DNA of 63,560 nucleotides, counting the filler, from Anaerolineae bacterium (GTDB lineage Bacteria; Chloroflexota; Anaerolineae; Epilineales; Epilineaceae): assembly GCA_029262755.1 (NCBI GenBank). It is 8 parts of 8 records of this genome, joined end to end, with 100 filler letters (N's around TTAATTAATTAA, not from the genome) between each part and the next. Parts side by side here need not be neighbours in the genome. Positions count along the whole stretch, not along the records: positions 8,535 to 18,375 come from JAJCYU010000049.1; positions 18,476 to 26,390 come from JAJCYU010000050.1; 6 more parts are not named here. One strand, 5' to 3'. Below the pieces are notes generated by a model. That model was not told the DNA's origin and ran no database searches. It saw only the letters and a list, made by a program, of their open reading frames with translations. Made by a program: the position numbers and the translations under genes. Shown in pieces: positions 8,560 to 19,813 of the stretch. Positions within the stretch are counted from its first letter, which is position 1. Every line of letters begins with the position of its first letter.

Positions 8560-11500
8560 ATGAATTCCACGTCTGCGCACGACGCTGTGGCCGCATGGCT
8601 CGTGGTCCTGGACGGTGCGCCTGTTGCGGCGGCCGTCGCCGGCGACCGCGCGACGATCGCGCGCACGCTCGACACAGCGACGATCGCGCAAGCGACGGCC
8701 GTCGACACGGCCCTCGCGAAGCGCCAACACGTGGTGACCGCGGCCGTCGAGGCGGCCGGCGCTCAGGTGGTGGACGGGTATCGGGCTGCGCTGAACGCGC
8801 TGCTGGTGATCGCTCCGCCCTCGCAGGTCGCATCGATCGCCCGCGTGCCGGGCGTACAGGGCGTCTGGCGCGCACCGCTCGTGCACGCGCCGGCGACGGT
8901 AGCGCCACCGGTCTTCGATTCCGCGTTCGGTTCCGCCGTTTCCTCGATGACGGGACGGTTCGTTGAGCGCACCGGCGTTCTGCCGTCGACGCGCCTGCTC
9001 GACGCACCCGCGGCCATCGCCCAGGATCCGCCCACCCTCGACGGCAGCGGCATGCTCGTCGCGGTCGCGGGCACCGGTGTCGATTACCTGCACGCGGCCT
9101 TCGGCGGCGCAGGCGATGCGGAGGCCTTCACGGCCAACGATCCGGGCGTCGTGGAAGCCGGCAGTTTTCCGACCGCGCGCGTGGTCGGCGGCTACGATCT
9201 GGCCGGGCCACGCTACACCGCCGCGTGCCCCAACCCCGTGCCCGCCGACGAGTTGTGCAGCGCCTCGCCGGAGCCGGACGATGATCCGCTCGACGAAGCG
9301 GGCGGCTCCGGCACCGCATCGGCCGGTATCGTGGCTACCGGCGCGCCGGGCGCCGGCATCGTCGCGCTCGACATCTTCGGCAGCCCGCTCGGCGTCGAGT
9401 CCACATCCGCGCTGCACATCGCCGCAATCGACTGGGTCGTGCGGCACAACAGCGGGCTCCCCGTACCGGGCACGGCGCCTGAAGGCGCGATCGACGTGCT
9501 CATCCTCCCCTCGGGTGCAGCTTGGGGGGGCGGGGCAGCGTTGTTGGACGATGCCGTCGATGCCGCGTCGGCCGTCGGTGTCGCGGTGATCGCGCCGGCC
9601 GGCGACTCCGGCGACGTGCCTTTCGCCGCCTCCGCGCCGAGCACGGCGCGTGCGGCGCTCGCGGTGGGCGCCGCCTTCGGCCCCGACGATACGACCTGGG
9701 GCATCCGTGCCGACTGGATCGGCGACGACGGCCCCGCGATGCTTGAGATGGAAGCCGTCGAGGCGCAGGACCCGTGGGCCACGCTCGCGAGCACGGGCGC
9801 GATCAGCGGTACGCTCGCCTGGTACGGTCTTGCCTGCAATGAGGACGACGGGTCGCCGAGCGAGCCGGCCCAGGACGTTACGGAGAAGATCGCGTTGATC
9901 GAGCGCGGTACGTGCGCCTTCGCCGACAAGGTGAACAATGCCGAGGCCAAGGGCGCCGTCGCGGCTCTGCTCTTCACCGACCAACGTGGCAAGACGAACC
10001 CGCGCGGCGGCAACACCCCGCCCGGCATCCCGAGCCTCATGGTCGACCGGCCTCCCGGGCTCCAACTGCGCCAACTGGTGGAAGACGGCGTCGCGGTCAC
10101 CGTGTTGCTCGATCCCGACTACGAGATCTCCCTCTCCGGCCTGCTGTTGCCCTCGAGCGCGCGCGGCCCCGCACGCGGCGGCGGCTTCGCGCCGGACGTC
10201 GTGGCCGACGGCGCGAACGTCCTCGCCCCCGTCGCAGGTGGCGGCGACGGCACGCGGACCGTCGACGGCACCGCTCCGGCCGCGGCACGCGTGGCCGCGC
10301 TTGCGGTGAAGGTGGCGCAGTGGCGGGCACAGGAGGGCAAGGACTGGAGCGGCGGCGCGTTGACGGCGATGATCGCCGCGAACGCCGAGCCCGGTGTGCG
10401 GCTTGCCGGCGGTGCGCCGGCGCCGGTCTCGCGCCAGGGCGCGGGGCTGGTCGACGCGGACGCCGAGCCCGACGTCGCGGCGTGGTCGGCCCTACGGCCG
10501 GCCGGCGCCGCACCGCACGACGACGGCCCGGCGGGCATCGACGTGGGGGCGCCGCGAGTTACGGGCATAGAGACGATTACCGGGAGCGGCGGCCTCGTAC
10601 GGCGGCTCACCCTGGAGTTCGACGATGCGACGAAGCGCTATGCCGCAGCCTTCGAGCGTTCGAGCGAAGCGCTTGCGGGCGCATCGGTCACCGTCGCGCC
10701 GAACGTCGTCGCCGCCGGTGCTGCCGGCCCCACGAGCCTCGACGTCACCCTGCAATTCGAGCCGAGCGCGCTCGCGCCCTGGACCCTGCACGACGGTCGG
10801 GCTGTGAACGACCCGGCACGCTTGACCGCCGCCACGCTCGATGGTCACGTCGTGCTGCGGGAGATCGATGCGGCCGGCGCCGTGGCGTCCGGACCCGGCG
10901 GAACGCGCGTGATTCCGTTGCGTGTCACGCCCCGTCCCGGATCGTGCATGGCGCCCTTCGCCTCGTCCGCACACCCTGTCACCGCCGGCGCCGAACCGAT
11001 CCTCGTGCCTTCGCCGAATACCTGCGCCGGCACGGGCGAGCTCGAGGTGTCGCGGATCGGCGGCGTGGACGCCATCGAATCGGGCGGAACCACCGGCGCG
11101 GGCACCGCGAAGGCGGCCTTCCCGCCGACCCTCGACATCGCGGCCGTCGGGCTGCGCTTCGGGCAAGCGCCGCCGGAAGACCCGTCGACGGAGCCCGATC
11201 CAGAGGCGCCGACGTGGATCGAGTTCCACGTGCAGACCGCCGCCCGGCGCCACCTCGCACCGGAGGCCGCGATCGACGTGCTGCTCGACCTGGACCGCGA
11301 CGGGACCATCGACCGCATCCTGACCACGGTGCACGGGCCGGACTGGCGCGGCGGATTCGGCGCGGGCGATTGGCGCGTGCTGAACACGCCGCCGATCCCC
11401 GGCACGCTCGAGCCCGACACGACCCGCGCGCTGCCCGATCCACCCGCCTTGCGCTGGGATCTGGACGAGAGCGTCACGGTGATCCCCATGCGCGCGGAAG

Positions 11501-11913
11501 AGACGCTCATCGATCCGGAATCGGGCGAGGAGTCCTTCGACTACGCCGTGCGCATACGTGATGCCTTCAACGTGCACCCGGTCACCGCGGACTACCCGGG
11601 CGAGGATCTGGCGCCCGACGGCGCTGCGGATGGCGCGCTCTTCACCTTCGAGCAGGACGAGCACGCGTGCATTGCGGTCCGCGGGCCGGACGGCGAGCGC
11701 ATCGACCAGCCTGGCCGCCGCCTCACGGTCCCGCCGAATACCGATGAGATCGCCTACTCCGTCACGCTCGACGCCGCGTGTCCGGCCGACGCGGACTACG
11801 GACTGCTGTACAGCTTCCCGCGCGACGGCGAAGACCGCGCGATCGTACGTTGGCTCGAACGCGCGGACGGAGGGCCGATCTACATGCCGTACACGGCGCG
11901 CAACGCGGAGTAA
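8560..11913 (+). CDS. S8 subtilase-like protein with PA domain, predicted catalytically inactive; 5' end may be missing
   Basis: Subtilase layout (VAVAGTGVDY, VVGGYDLAG, GGSGTASAGI, APAGDSG, APDVVADG, DGTAPAA, QGAGLVD) and PA domain KIALIERGTCAF.DK..NAE.KGA. Confidence 0.8.
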   Translation: MNSTSAHDAVAAWLVVLDGAPVAAAVAGDRATIARTLDTATIAQATAVDTALAKRQHVVTAAVEAAGAQVVDGYRAALNALLVIAPPSQVASIARVPGVQGVWRAPLVHAPATVAPPVFDSAFGSAVSSMTGRFVERTGVLPSTRLLDAPAAIAQDPPTLDGSGMLVAVAGTGVDYLHAAFGGAGDAEAFTANDPGVVEAGSFPTARVVGGYDLAGPRYTAACPNPVPADELCSASPEPDDDPLDEAGGSGTASAGIVATGAPGAGIVALDIFGSPLGVESTSALHIAAIDWVVRHNSGLPVPGTAPEGAIDVLILPSGAAWGGGAALLDDAVDAASAVGVAVIAPAGDSGDVPFAASAPSTARAALAVGAAFGPDDTTWGIRADWIGDDGPAMLEMEAVEAQDPWATLASTGAISGTLAWYGLACNEDDGSPSEPAQDVTEKIALIERGTCAFADKVNNAEAKGAVAALLFTDQRGKTNPRGGNTPPGIPSLMVDRPPGLQLRQLVEDGVAVTVLLDPDYEISLSGLLLPSSARGPARGGGFAPDVVADGANVLAPVAGGGDGTRTVDGTAPAAARVAALAVKVAQWRAQEGKDWSGGALTAMIAANAEPGVRLAGGAPAPVSRQGAGLVDADAEPDVAAWSALRPAGAAPHDDGPAGIDVGAPRVTGIETITGSGGLVRRLTLEFDDATKRYAAAFERSSEALAGASVTVAPNVVAAGAAGPTSLDVTLQFEPSALAPWTLHDGRAVNDPARLTAATLDGHVVLREIDAAGAVASGPGGTRVIPLRVTPRPGSCMAPFASSAHPVTAGAEPILVPSPNTCAGTGELEVSRIGGVDAIESGGTTGAGTAKAAFPPTLDIAAVGLRFGQAPPEDPSTEPDPEAPTWIEFHVQTAARRHLAPEAAIDVLLDLDRDGTIDRILTTVHGPDWRGGFGAGDWRVLNTPPIPGTLEPDTTRALPDPPALRWDLDESVTVIPMRAEETLIDPESGEESFDYAVRIRDAFNVHPVTADYPGEDLAPDGAADGALFTFEQDEHACIAVRGPDGERIDQPGRRLTVPPNTDEIAYSVTLDAACPADADYGLLYSFPRDGEDRAIVRWLERADGGPIYMPYTARNAE

Positions 11914-11949
11914 TCGCGTAGCGCGGGTGCAAGGCGGAAACGAGATACA

Positions 11950-11983
11950 CGAACGATCCCACGCACGGCTGTGGGATCGTTCG
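11950..11983. terminator. Perfect 13-bp hairpin between convergent genes
   Basis: CGAACGATCCCAC / 8-nt loop / GTGGGATCGTTCG. Confidence 0.6.
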
Positions 11984-12199
11984 CGTTCTACTCGTCAATT
12001 GCGTCGGTAATCGGTCGCGTTGGTGCCAGCCGCGCTTATGTCGATTGGGTCGGTGTCGATTGGGTCAAGCGTGTTGGCTGGCGGTCGTGTTGGCTGGCGG
12101 TCGTTCAGGGCCGCGGCGGTCTGCCGGCGACCCGGACTCTCTGTCGGCGAACCCTCGCTTCGCTCGATCGCGCGGCCCGCGCGCGTCAATGAGTCGCCC

Positions 12200-14020
12200 T
12201 TAGGGCGCCGGGGCACCGTCCGGACGTCGCGGGTCGAGCGCTCGCTGATGGGCCGGCGGTCCCGCGACGGCGCCCACGCTCTGTTGCGTACCGGCGGTTA
12301 CGGTGAGCCATGCGGTCACGGGCGGACCCCAGTGGCCCTCCGCGTCGGCGCCGCGTAGGGCGACGAGGTAGCGACCCGGCTCCATGCCGGTTGTGTCGAG
12401 CGCAACGCGAATGTTCTCGGAGCGCTCGTCGAATTCCCCGTCCGCGGCCTCCGCTTGGATGCCCTCGCCGAGGGCGGTCATCGGGCCGGGCAGCCAGTCT
12501 GCGCCCGACGTCCCGCCTGCGCGCGCGACGACGGCCTCGACCGCTGCGATCGTGCCGCGGCCGGAGCGCAGCTCGGTGGCGCGGGCGCGCAGGGTGGCCG
12601 TCCGGCCGACGATCACGCTCTCCGGTGCGACGAGGCGCGTGATCTCCGGGCCCCGGATGCGGCGGTAGGGCCGGTCCGTGATGGCCAGGGAGCGTGCGAT
12701 GGCGTCCAAGTTCTGGTCCATGACGCCGCGCAGCTCGTCGCAGGGTGCGATGAAGCCGCTGAACTGCAGCTCGATCACGTAGGCCGGGATGCCCAGCTCG
12801 CCGTAGCCCCAGTCCCGCGTGTTGCCGCTGACCGGGTAGAGCGCGTATTGGACGTTGTAGCCGTTGCTGCCCGCGTAGCGCTGGCCGATGGCCAGCAGGT
12901 CGGCATCGTTGGGCGCGCGCTCTGTGGTCCAGCCCCACGGCACGAGCACGGTGCCGGGATAGGTCGCGGCGTGGAAGTTGATCATCAGGCCCGTGGTGTC
13001 GTCGGGGGCCGCGTCCGTGTCCTCCGGCCCACGTTGGTCGGGGAAGAGACCGCGCACGTAGTCCTCGTAGGCGGCGATCTCCGGCTCGGACGCCGGGGCT
13101 TCGCCGCGATACGTGGCCGCGCATGGGTTCGTGCTGTGGCCCTCCTCGTCCCACTTGAAGGCCTGGTTGCGGTTCAGGTCGACGCCGTATTGGTTGCCGC
13201 CGGTGGGCGGCCAGGCGCAGTCACCGGGTGCTTCGCCTTGATTGCCGCTCTTGCGCCACAGCCAGGCTGCATCGTTGTAGGGCTCGTTGGCGCCGAGCTC
13301 CACGTGCTGGATGCCATCCGGATTGCTCGCGAGGCCGATATGCAGCTCGTGGTGATCGAGCAGCCATGTGATCTGCGGGTCGACACCGTAGCCTTCGACG
13401 AAGTAGCGGACGGTTTCCTGCATCAGCTTGGGCCCGCCGATCTCGCGCGCGTGCAATCCGCCGTCGATCCACATCACGCCGCGTTTCTCGGCGGAGGAGC
13501 CTTTGTTCGTCACGCGCGCGACGAGCAGATCGGCGCCGGGAATCGCGTCGCCGCCCGGGGTCGTGCATCCGCCCTGCGCCTTGCAGCGACTGTCGCCGAT
13601 ATCGATGATCTCGACCAAGTCGGCGTGCTGTGCGGCGTAATCACGCGCCCAAACGTGCCCTTCTTCCAGGGTCGGGTAGCACGCCTTCCAGGGGGGAAGG
13701 CTGTCCTGGAACGCCAGACCGAGGACAGCGTCCGCGAGGCCGCGCTCAATCAGGTCGTCGGCAACGGATAGCCGAACCATCACGCGCGTCGTGCCGGCGT
13801 TGATCGCCTCTTCCTCGGCCGGCAACGCCTGGGCAAGCGCACGCGCGCCGGCCGCGTCGAGCGTCGGAAGGCCGAGCACGACGAAAGGATCGCCCACGGT
13901 ATGGGTAGGTCCGTCCTGCGCGGTCGCGCGGCCGGCTGCCACGGCGAAAAATGCTACGGCAAGCGCCGTCACGGCGCTCCACATCGTGGCTCTCATCGAA
14001 CGCGCACCGATCATGTTCAC
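12200..14020 (-). CDS. Secreted M14 zinc carboxypeptidase
   Basis: Signal peptide; GLHARE (HxxE), NPDG, WRKS, GVDLNRN, YRGEAPASEPE, INFH, catalytic Glu in VIEL. Confidence 0.9.
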   Translation of the reverse strand: MNMIGARSMRATMWSAVTALAVAFFAVAAGRATAQDGPTHTVGDPFVVLGLPTLDAAGARALAQALPAEEEAINAGTTRVMVRLSVADDLIERGLADAVLGLAFQDSLPPWKACYPTLEEGHVWARDYAAQHADLVEIIDIGDSRCKAQGGCTTPGGDAIPGADLLVARVTNKGSSAEKRGVMWIDGGLHAREIGGPKLMQETVRYFVEGYGVDPQITWLLDHHELHIGLASNPDGIQHVELGANEPYNDAAWLWRKSGNQGEAPGDCAWPPTGGNQYGVDLNRNQAFKWDEEGHSTNPCAATYRGEAPASEPEIAAYEDYVRGLFPDQRGPEDTDAAPDDTTGLMINFHAATYPGTVLVPWGWTTERAPNDADLLAIGQRYAGSNGYNVQYALYPVSGNTRDWGYGELGIPAYVIELQFSGFIAPCDELRGVMDQNLDAIARSLAITDRPYRRIRGPEITRLVAPESVIVGRTATLRARATELRSGRGTIAAVEAVVARAGGTSGADWLPGPMTALGEGIQAEAADGEFDERSENIRVALDTTGMEPGRYLVALRGADAEGHWGPPVTAWLTVTAGTQQSVGAVAGPPAHQRALDPRRPDGAPAP

Positions 14021-14079
14021 CCTCCTGGGGGCCTTGTCCTTGTCACGCTTCGAACACCGTCTATCATCGCATGCTTGTC

Positions 14080-16389
14080 ATGACCGCTCAAGCTCCCCCC
14101 ACGGTGGCGGTCGGGTCCAAGGCATCCGCGGAGTCGGGTAAGGGTCGGTTCGGCACCTTCGCCGGGGTCTTCACGCCCAACGTCCTGACCATTCTCGGCT
14201 TGATCCTCTTCTTGCGCACCGGAATCGTGGTGGGCGAGGCGGGGCTGGCCGCGGCGTTGGTGATCGTCGTGATCTCGAATTTGATCACGTTGCTCACGGG
14301 GCTATCGCTTTCGGCCATCGCCACGAGCATGCGCGTGGGAACGGGCGGGAACTACTACATTATCTCGCGCTCGCTCGGGCTCGAGATCGGCGGGGCCATC
14401 GGCATCCCGCTGTATTTGTCCCAAGCTCTTTCCGTCGCATTTTACGTCATCGGCTTCACGACCGCACTGATGACCCTGCCCGCGATGGAAGGCTACGACC
14501 CGCGCCTGATCTCAACGGTCATCGTGATCGTGTTCGGCGTGATCGCGTTCGTGGGCGCCGATATCGCCCTGCGCATCCAGTTCGTCGTGCTGGCCGTGCT
14601 CGCGGCGGCCATCGTCTCCTTCTTCATGGGCAGCTGGGGCGCATCGATCCCGCCCACGCTAACGCCCCATTACTCGGAAGGCCAGAGTTTTTGGACGATC
14701 TTCGCGCTCTTCTTCCCGGCCGTCACCGGAATCACCGTGGGCGCGAGCATGTCGGGCGACCTGCGCGATCCGAGCCGCAGCATCCCGCTGGGCACGCTAA
14801 CCTCGATCCTGGTCACGTTTGCCATCTACCTGGGCGCAATCTGGTGGCTAGCCACGCATGCCAGCCCGGAGCTTCTGCGCACCGACGAGATGGTGATGGG
14901 CCAGATCGCCCGATGGCCGACGCTGATCCTCCTCGGCGTCTGGTCGGCAACGCTCTCCTCCGCCTTGGGCAGCGTGTTGGCCGCGCCGCGCACCTTGCAA
15001 GCGCTGGCCCAAGACCGACTCGTGCCCTACGTGCTCGGATCGCGCCTCGGCAGCCCGACGGAGCCGCGGATGGCCGTCCTGGTCTCGACGGCCATCGCGG
15101 TCGCCGTGGTATGGATGGGCGATCTCGATTTTGTGGCGCCCGCGCTCACGTTGTTCTTCCTCAACACCTACGGCATGACGAACCTCGCCCACGCGATCGA
15201 GATCCTCGTGGGCAACCCCAGCTATCGCCCGCGCATCCGGGTGCATTGGGGGCTAGCGTTGCTCGGCGCTATCGGCTGCTACGGCGCGATGTTCTTGATC
15301 GACCCGCGTGCGACGATCCTGGCGATCATCGCAAGCTACGGTGTCTTCTTCTACTTCGAGCGGCGCCGCCTGACCAGCACATGGGGCGATCTGCGCAGCG
15401 GCCTTTGGTTCGCCTTGGCCCGTTTCGCCCTGCTCCGCCTCGAGGGCGAGCAGTGGCACGTGAAGAACTGGCGCCCGAACATCCTCGTCTTCACCGGGCA
15501 GCCGCATAACCGCGAGCAGCTGACCGAGACGGCCGACTGGCTCAGCCACGGCCAGGGCGTGGTCTCGTTCTTCCAATTGCTGGTGGGCGATTTTCAGCAG
15601 CTCTCCGAGCAAGGCCTGCGCAAGGGCGCGCGCCGGCGGATCCGCGAGTACATTCGGAACCGGCAGATGCAGGCCTTTGCGGAGGTCGACATCGTCGACG
15701 ATTTCGTTTCGGGCGCGTTGACCGTCAGCCAGGCGCACGGGATCGGCGGGCTCGAGCCCAACGCGGTGCTCATGGGCTGGAGCCAGACCGCGGACGGCCT
15801 CGTCACCCAACTGCGCTTACTCCGGGGTCTGGTCGCGTTGGAAAAGTCGGTGTTCTTGTTGCACGTCGATGACATCGTCGGCTTCGGCAACCGGGCCGTT
15901 ATCGACGTTTGGTGGCGTGGGCGCGGGGGCAACGCGGACCTGATGGTGCTCATCGCCCACCTGATCCGGCAGCATCGATCCTGGGCCGGCGCGCGCATCC
16001 GCGTCCTGCGCGCGATCGACGGCGAGGAGGGCCGCGAGCAGACCCGCCTGCACTCCGAGGATCTGCTGGCGCGAGCGCGCGTGGACGCCGAGTCCATCGT
16101 GATCGTGAAAGACAGGCCGGATCAGCCCTTCGCCGACATCCTCGAAACGCACAGCGCGCGCAGCGATCTGACGTTGATCGGGCTCAACGTGCCGAGCGAA
16201 GAGCAGGGCACCGAGTACGTGCGCCGCGTCGACGAAGCCCTCCGTCGGATCGGCACCGTGCTGCTTGTCTACGGCGCGCAGCACGACGACTTGCTCGACG
16301 TGGAGTCGTACTCGGACGGCGATACGGAGGCTTCAGGTGGTGTATCCGGGTCGTCCGTGATTGGAGGGGGAGCCCGCGAGCCGTCATAA
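14080..16389 (+). CDS. Cation-chloride cotransporter (SLC12/CCC-like, APC superfamily)
   Basis: [58 protein letters not shown]; many TM helices plus a cytoplasmic C-domain. Confidence 0.9.
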   Translation: MTAQAPPTVAVGSKASAESGKGRFGTFAGVFTPNVLTILGLILFLRTGIVVGEAGLAAALVIVVISNLITLLTGLSLSAIATSMRVGTGGNYYIISRSLGLEIGGAIGIPLYLSQALSVAFYVIGFTTALMTLPAMEGYDPRLISTVIVIVFGVIAFVGADIALRIQFVVLAVLAAAIVSFFMGSWGASIPPTLTPHYSEGQSFWTIFALFFPAVTGITVGASMSGDLRDPSRSIPLGTLTSILVTFAIYLGAIWWLATHASPELLRTDEMVMGQIARWPTLILLGVWSATLSSALGSVLAAPRTLQALAQDRLVPYVLGSRLGSPTEPRMAVLVSTAIAVAVVWMGDLDFVAPALTLFFLNTYGMTNLAHAIEILVGNPSYRPRIRVHWGLALLGAIGCYGAMFLIDPRATILAIIASYGVFFYFERRRLTSTWGDLRSGLWFALARFALLRLEGEQWHVKNWRPNILVFTGQPHNREQLTETADWLSHGQGVVSFFQLLVGDFQQLSEQGLRKGARRRIREYIRNRQMQAFAEVDIVDDFVSGALTVSQAHGIGGLEPNAVLMGWSQTADGLVTQLRLLRGLVALEKSVFLLHVDDIVGFGNRAVIDVWWRGRGGNADLMVLIAHLIRQHRSWAGARIRVLRAIDGEEGREQTRLHSEDLLARARVDAESIVIVKDRPDQPFADILETHSARSDLTLIGLNVPSEEQGTEYVRRVDEALRRIGTVLLVYGAQHDDLLDVESYSDGDTEASGGVSGSSVIGGGAREPS

Positions 16390-16450
16390 TGCGCGACTTC
16401 CTCGCCTTGCCGCGCCGCGACTCGCGGCGCACGGAACCGGAGCCACGCCT

Positions 16451-18175
16451 GTGAGCCAGCCATCTACCGACGCCGAGCGCGCCGCCGCCGACATCGAGAC
16501 CAAGGCGCCGGCCGTCGTCGACTTCATTCGACAGATCGTCGCCGAGGACAACGAAAAGGGCACGTGGAACGGCGAGGTCGTCACTCGCTTCCCACCAGAG
16601 CCCAACGGCTTTCTGCACTTGGGTCACGCCAAGGCGATCGCGATGGACTTCGGCATCGCTTCGGAGAACGGCGGTCGTTGCCATCTGCGCTTCGACGACA
16701 CGAACCCCGTCAAGGAAGAGCAGGCCTTCGTCGACGCCATCAAGCGCGACCTGCGATGGTTGGGTTACGAATGGGGTGAGCACGAGTACTTCGCGTCGGA
16801 TTACTTTGACCAGCTCTATGACTGGACCGTGAAGCTGATCAAGGACGGCAAAGCATACGTGTGCGATCTATCGCCCGACGAGATGCGCACGTACCGGGGG
16901 ACCTTGACCGAACCCGGCCGCGAGAGCCCCTTCCGCAACCGCTCCGTCGAGGAGAACCTCGACCTGCTTGGCCGGATGGCCGAGGGCGAATTCGAGGAGG
17001 GCACGCGCACGGTGCGCGCCAAGATCGACATGGCTTCGCCCAACATCAACCTGCGCGACCCCGTCATGTATCGCATCCTGCACGCCAGCCACCACCGCAC
17101 GGGCGAAAGCTGGCACATCTACCCCAGCTACGACTGGGCGCACGGGCAGTCCGACTCGATCGAGGGCGTCACGCACTCCATGTGCACCCTGGAGTTCGAG
17201 GACCACCGCCCGCTGTACGACTGGTTCCTGGACCAGCTCGGCGTTCACCATCCGCGTCAGATCGAGTTCGCACGCGTCAACGTCAGCCACACGATCACAA
17301 GCAAGCGCAAGCTCGCCCAACTGGTCAACGAGAATCACGTCTCGGGCTGGGATGACCCGCGCATGCCGACGATCGCCGGCCTACGCCGTCGCGGCGTGCC
17401 GCCCGAGGCCATCCGCACCTTCCTCGACGACATCGGCCTCTCGAAACGAGACCGAGTCGTGGAGCTGGCACGCATGGAGTACTGGATCCGCCAGATCCTC
17501 AACAAGGCGGCCGAGCGCCGCCTCGGCGTGCTCGACCCGCTCAAGGTCGTGATCGAGAACTGGCCGGCCGACGAGGTCGACCATCTCGAAGCGATCAACA
17601 ACCCCGAAGACGAATCGGCGGGCACGCGGCAGCTGCCCTTCTCCCGCGAGCTTTGGATCGAGCGCACGGACTTCATGGAGGACCCGCCGCGCAAATTCAA
17701 GCGCCTGACCGTCGGGCGGGAGGTCCGCCTGCGCTACGGCTACTTCATCACGTGCACGGAAGCGGTGAAGGATCCCGAAAGCGGCGAGATCGTGGAACTG
17801 CGCGCCACCGTCGATCGCGAGACGCGCGGCGGACAGGCGCCGGATGGCCGGAAGGTGCGCGGCACGATCCACTGGTTATCCGCGGCGCACGCGGTGCCCA
17901 CGGAATTCCGACTGTACGACACGCTCTTCACGACGGTCGATCCGCTCGCGGTCCCGGATGACGGCGATTTCCTGGACAACCTCAACCCGGACTCACTTGT
18001 CATCGTCGAGGGCTTCGTCGAGCCTTCTCTCGCGGAAGCGGAGCCGGGTACGCGCGTGCAACTGGAGCGCACGGGCTACTTCGTGGTCGACGAGGACGCG
18101 ACAGCCGAACGGCCCGTGCTCAACCGCATCGTCGGCCTGCGCGACACGTGGAAGAAGATCCAGCAACAGGGCTGA
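16451..18175 (+). CDS. glnS: Glutamine--tRNA ligase
   Basis: [18 protein letters not shown] (HIGH-like), [41 protein letters not shown]. Confidence 0.96.
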   Translation: MSQPSTDAERAAADIETKAPAVVDFIRQIVAEDNEKGTWNGEVVTRFPPEPNGFLHLGHAKAIAMDFGIASENGGRCHLRFDDTNPVKEEQAFVDAIKRDLRWLGYEWGEHEYFASDYFDQLYDWTVKLIKDGKAYVCDLSPDEMRTYRGTLTEPGRESPFRNRSVEENLDLLGRMAEGEFEEGTRTVRAKIDMASPNINLRDPVMYRILHASHHRTGESWHIYPSYDWAHGQSDSIEGVTHSMCTLEFEDHRPLYDWFLDQLGVHHPRQIEFARVNVSHTITSKRKLAQLVNENHVSGWDDPRMPTIAGLRRRGVPPEAIRTFLDDIGLSKRDRVVELARMEYWIRQILNKAAERRLGVLDPLKVVIENWPADEVDHLEAINNPEDESAGTRQLPFSRELWIERTDFMEDPPRKFKRLTVGREVRLRYGYFITCTEAVKDPESGEIVELRATVDRETRGGQAPDGRKVRGTIHWLSAAHAVPTEFRLYDTLFTTVDPLAVPDDGDFLDNLNPDSLVIVEGFVEPSLAEAEPGTRVQLERTGYFVVDEDATAERPVLNRIVGLRDTWKKIQQQG

Positions 18176-18212
18176 GGGCTCGACCGGCAATGCTGAAGGC
18201 TCGACCGGCAAC
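18171..18212 (+). repeat. Two-copy 21-bp tandem repeat overlapping the glnS stop codon
   Basis: GCTGAGGGCTCGACCGGCAAT / GCTGAAGGCTCGACCGGCAAC. Confidence 0.8.
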
Positions 18213-18475
18213 AGTGTCGCCAACCGAGGGAGTCGCGACTTCCGAATTGGGGAGATGGTTCCCGGTCGAGCCCGAACCAGCGGCGGGCGTGATGCGCGGC
18301 AAGCGAGTTGTGACGGGACGCGCGCTACGTGTTGAGCCCACCTGCGTGCGCCGTCCCTTCATCGGAGACGGTCAANNNNNNNNNNNNNNNNNNNNNNNNN
18401 NNNNNNNNNNNNNNNNNNNTTAATTAATTAANNNNNNNNNNNNNNNNNNNNNNNNNNNNNNNNNNNNNNNNNNNN

Positions 18476-19404
18476 CGTGGACGATGTCGATGCCGTCTCG
18501 TATGGCGTGGGTGCCGATCCACGGCTCGACGCGGCCGATGCGAGTTGCGCTCCGCCACGACCGCGCCGCGCCAATCGACCACGAGCAGCCGGTGGTTGCC
18601 CGTATCCGCTACGTACGCGAAGCCGCGCTCGTCCAATGCAACGCCCGTGGGCCCCGATAGATGGAACGCGTCCGCGCCCGGCACATCCGGCTCCCCGAGC
18701 ACACCCACCACGCGCGGGGTGCTACGTCCGGGCACGATCCGCACGGCCACCACGATGTGCGCCCCGGGATCCGCGTACCACACCAGGTGCACGTCTTCCG
18801 GCTGCGCGGCAAAGGGATCCGGCGTGCGCGTCGGCGCGGGCGTCGGCGAGGGCCCGTCCGTCGGGGTGATGGTTGGCGCGGGCGTCTTGGTGGCCGGCGG
18901 CGTCGTCGTGACGGTCGGGCTCGGCCGCGGCGTGGGCGTCCGCGTCGACGTGGACGTCGGGGTCGCGCTCCCGGCCGGCGTGTTCGTCGGCAGCCACGTG
19001 GCGGAGGCCACGGGCGTCGCGCCCCAGCCGGCGCCGACGTTGGGTGCGCGTACGACCGCCACGTCCGCGATATAGCGCACGACCGGCACGCCCGGCAGAC
19101 CGTCCAAGCGGCCCGGTGCGCCGATCTCGGCCACGGGCCCGTTGGCCGTCATGTACTGAATCCGCCGCCCGGCCCCCTCCGCAATCCAAGCCCCGCCGCC
19201 GCCATCCGAGGCGACCCCGACAGGATCGTGCAGCAGGCTGGTCGCGGGATAGGGCACGCCGGCCACGCCGATCGGCGCCGTGCTGCGATACGCCGTCGGC
19301 GGCGCGAGCGGCACCGCGGACGCAACGGCTACCGACGAAAGCGCGAGGCACGCGCCGGCCGCGATGGCGGTGCGGCGTGAGGACGTTGCATGGGGCGAGT
19401 TCAT
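18476..19404 (-). CDS. Secreted NHL-repeat protein with Pro/Thr linker, 3' truncated
   Basis: Signal peptide; LHDPVGVA.D, LSGPTGVALD..G.AYVADTGNHRL; TPT-rich linker. Confidence 0.8.
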
Positions 19405-19484
19405 GGCGGGTATCCCGGCGGGCGGTGGTTGGGGCAGGGGTTGCGGTGGTTACTCAGCAGAGCATACCCGTCCTGCGCGTGTAT
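19319..19484 (-). repeat. Direct repeat copy 1: promoter, start and signal peptide of the NHL gene; copy 2 at 22199-22379
   Basis: 19331-19434 vs 22211-22314 differ at 3 of 104 nt; shared GCAGAGCATACCCG block further out. Confidence 0.9.
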
Positions 19485-19813
19485 CTCGCACTATGCCGCC
19501 GTCGCAGCTGCTGACGCGCGCCCTTCGAGTGCGCCCTTCGAGCGCGTTCGCGGATGCTGCGCATCGGCAGGCCACCCGTGCTCACGCCCGGCCCAAGGCA
19601 CTAGGATTCGCCTGAAGTAGGCGGCACAGTCTACCGTCCGTACCGAGCGCGTCTTGCGGCCTTTCACCCCTGAGGGCGCCTAATACCTAAGACTCGATGG
19701 TGCCCGCGCTACCGGGTCAGCTCCAGTCTGTGTTCCATCGCGGCAAAAGTGCGGAACGCAGCGATCGTCGCGGCAAATCCTAATCGCGAGTTGTGGGCCA
19801 GGAGTGACGCACT

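Noticed and set aside
12040..12110. Two short two-copy repeats (GTCGATTGGGTC; TGGCTGGCGGTCGT) considered as a CRISPR remnant
   Set aside because: No spacers, only two copies each and no cas genes; simple local duplications.
18476..18550. Apparent frame change at the end of the NHL ORF
   Set aside because: Within about 75 nt of a contig end, so an assembly artefact cannot be excluded.
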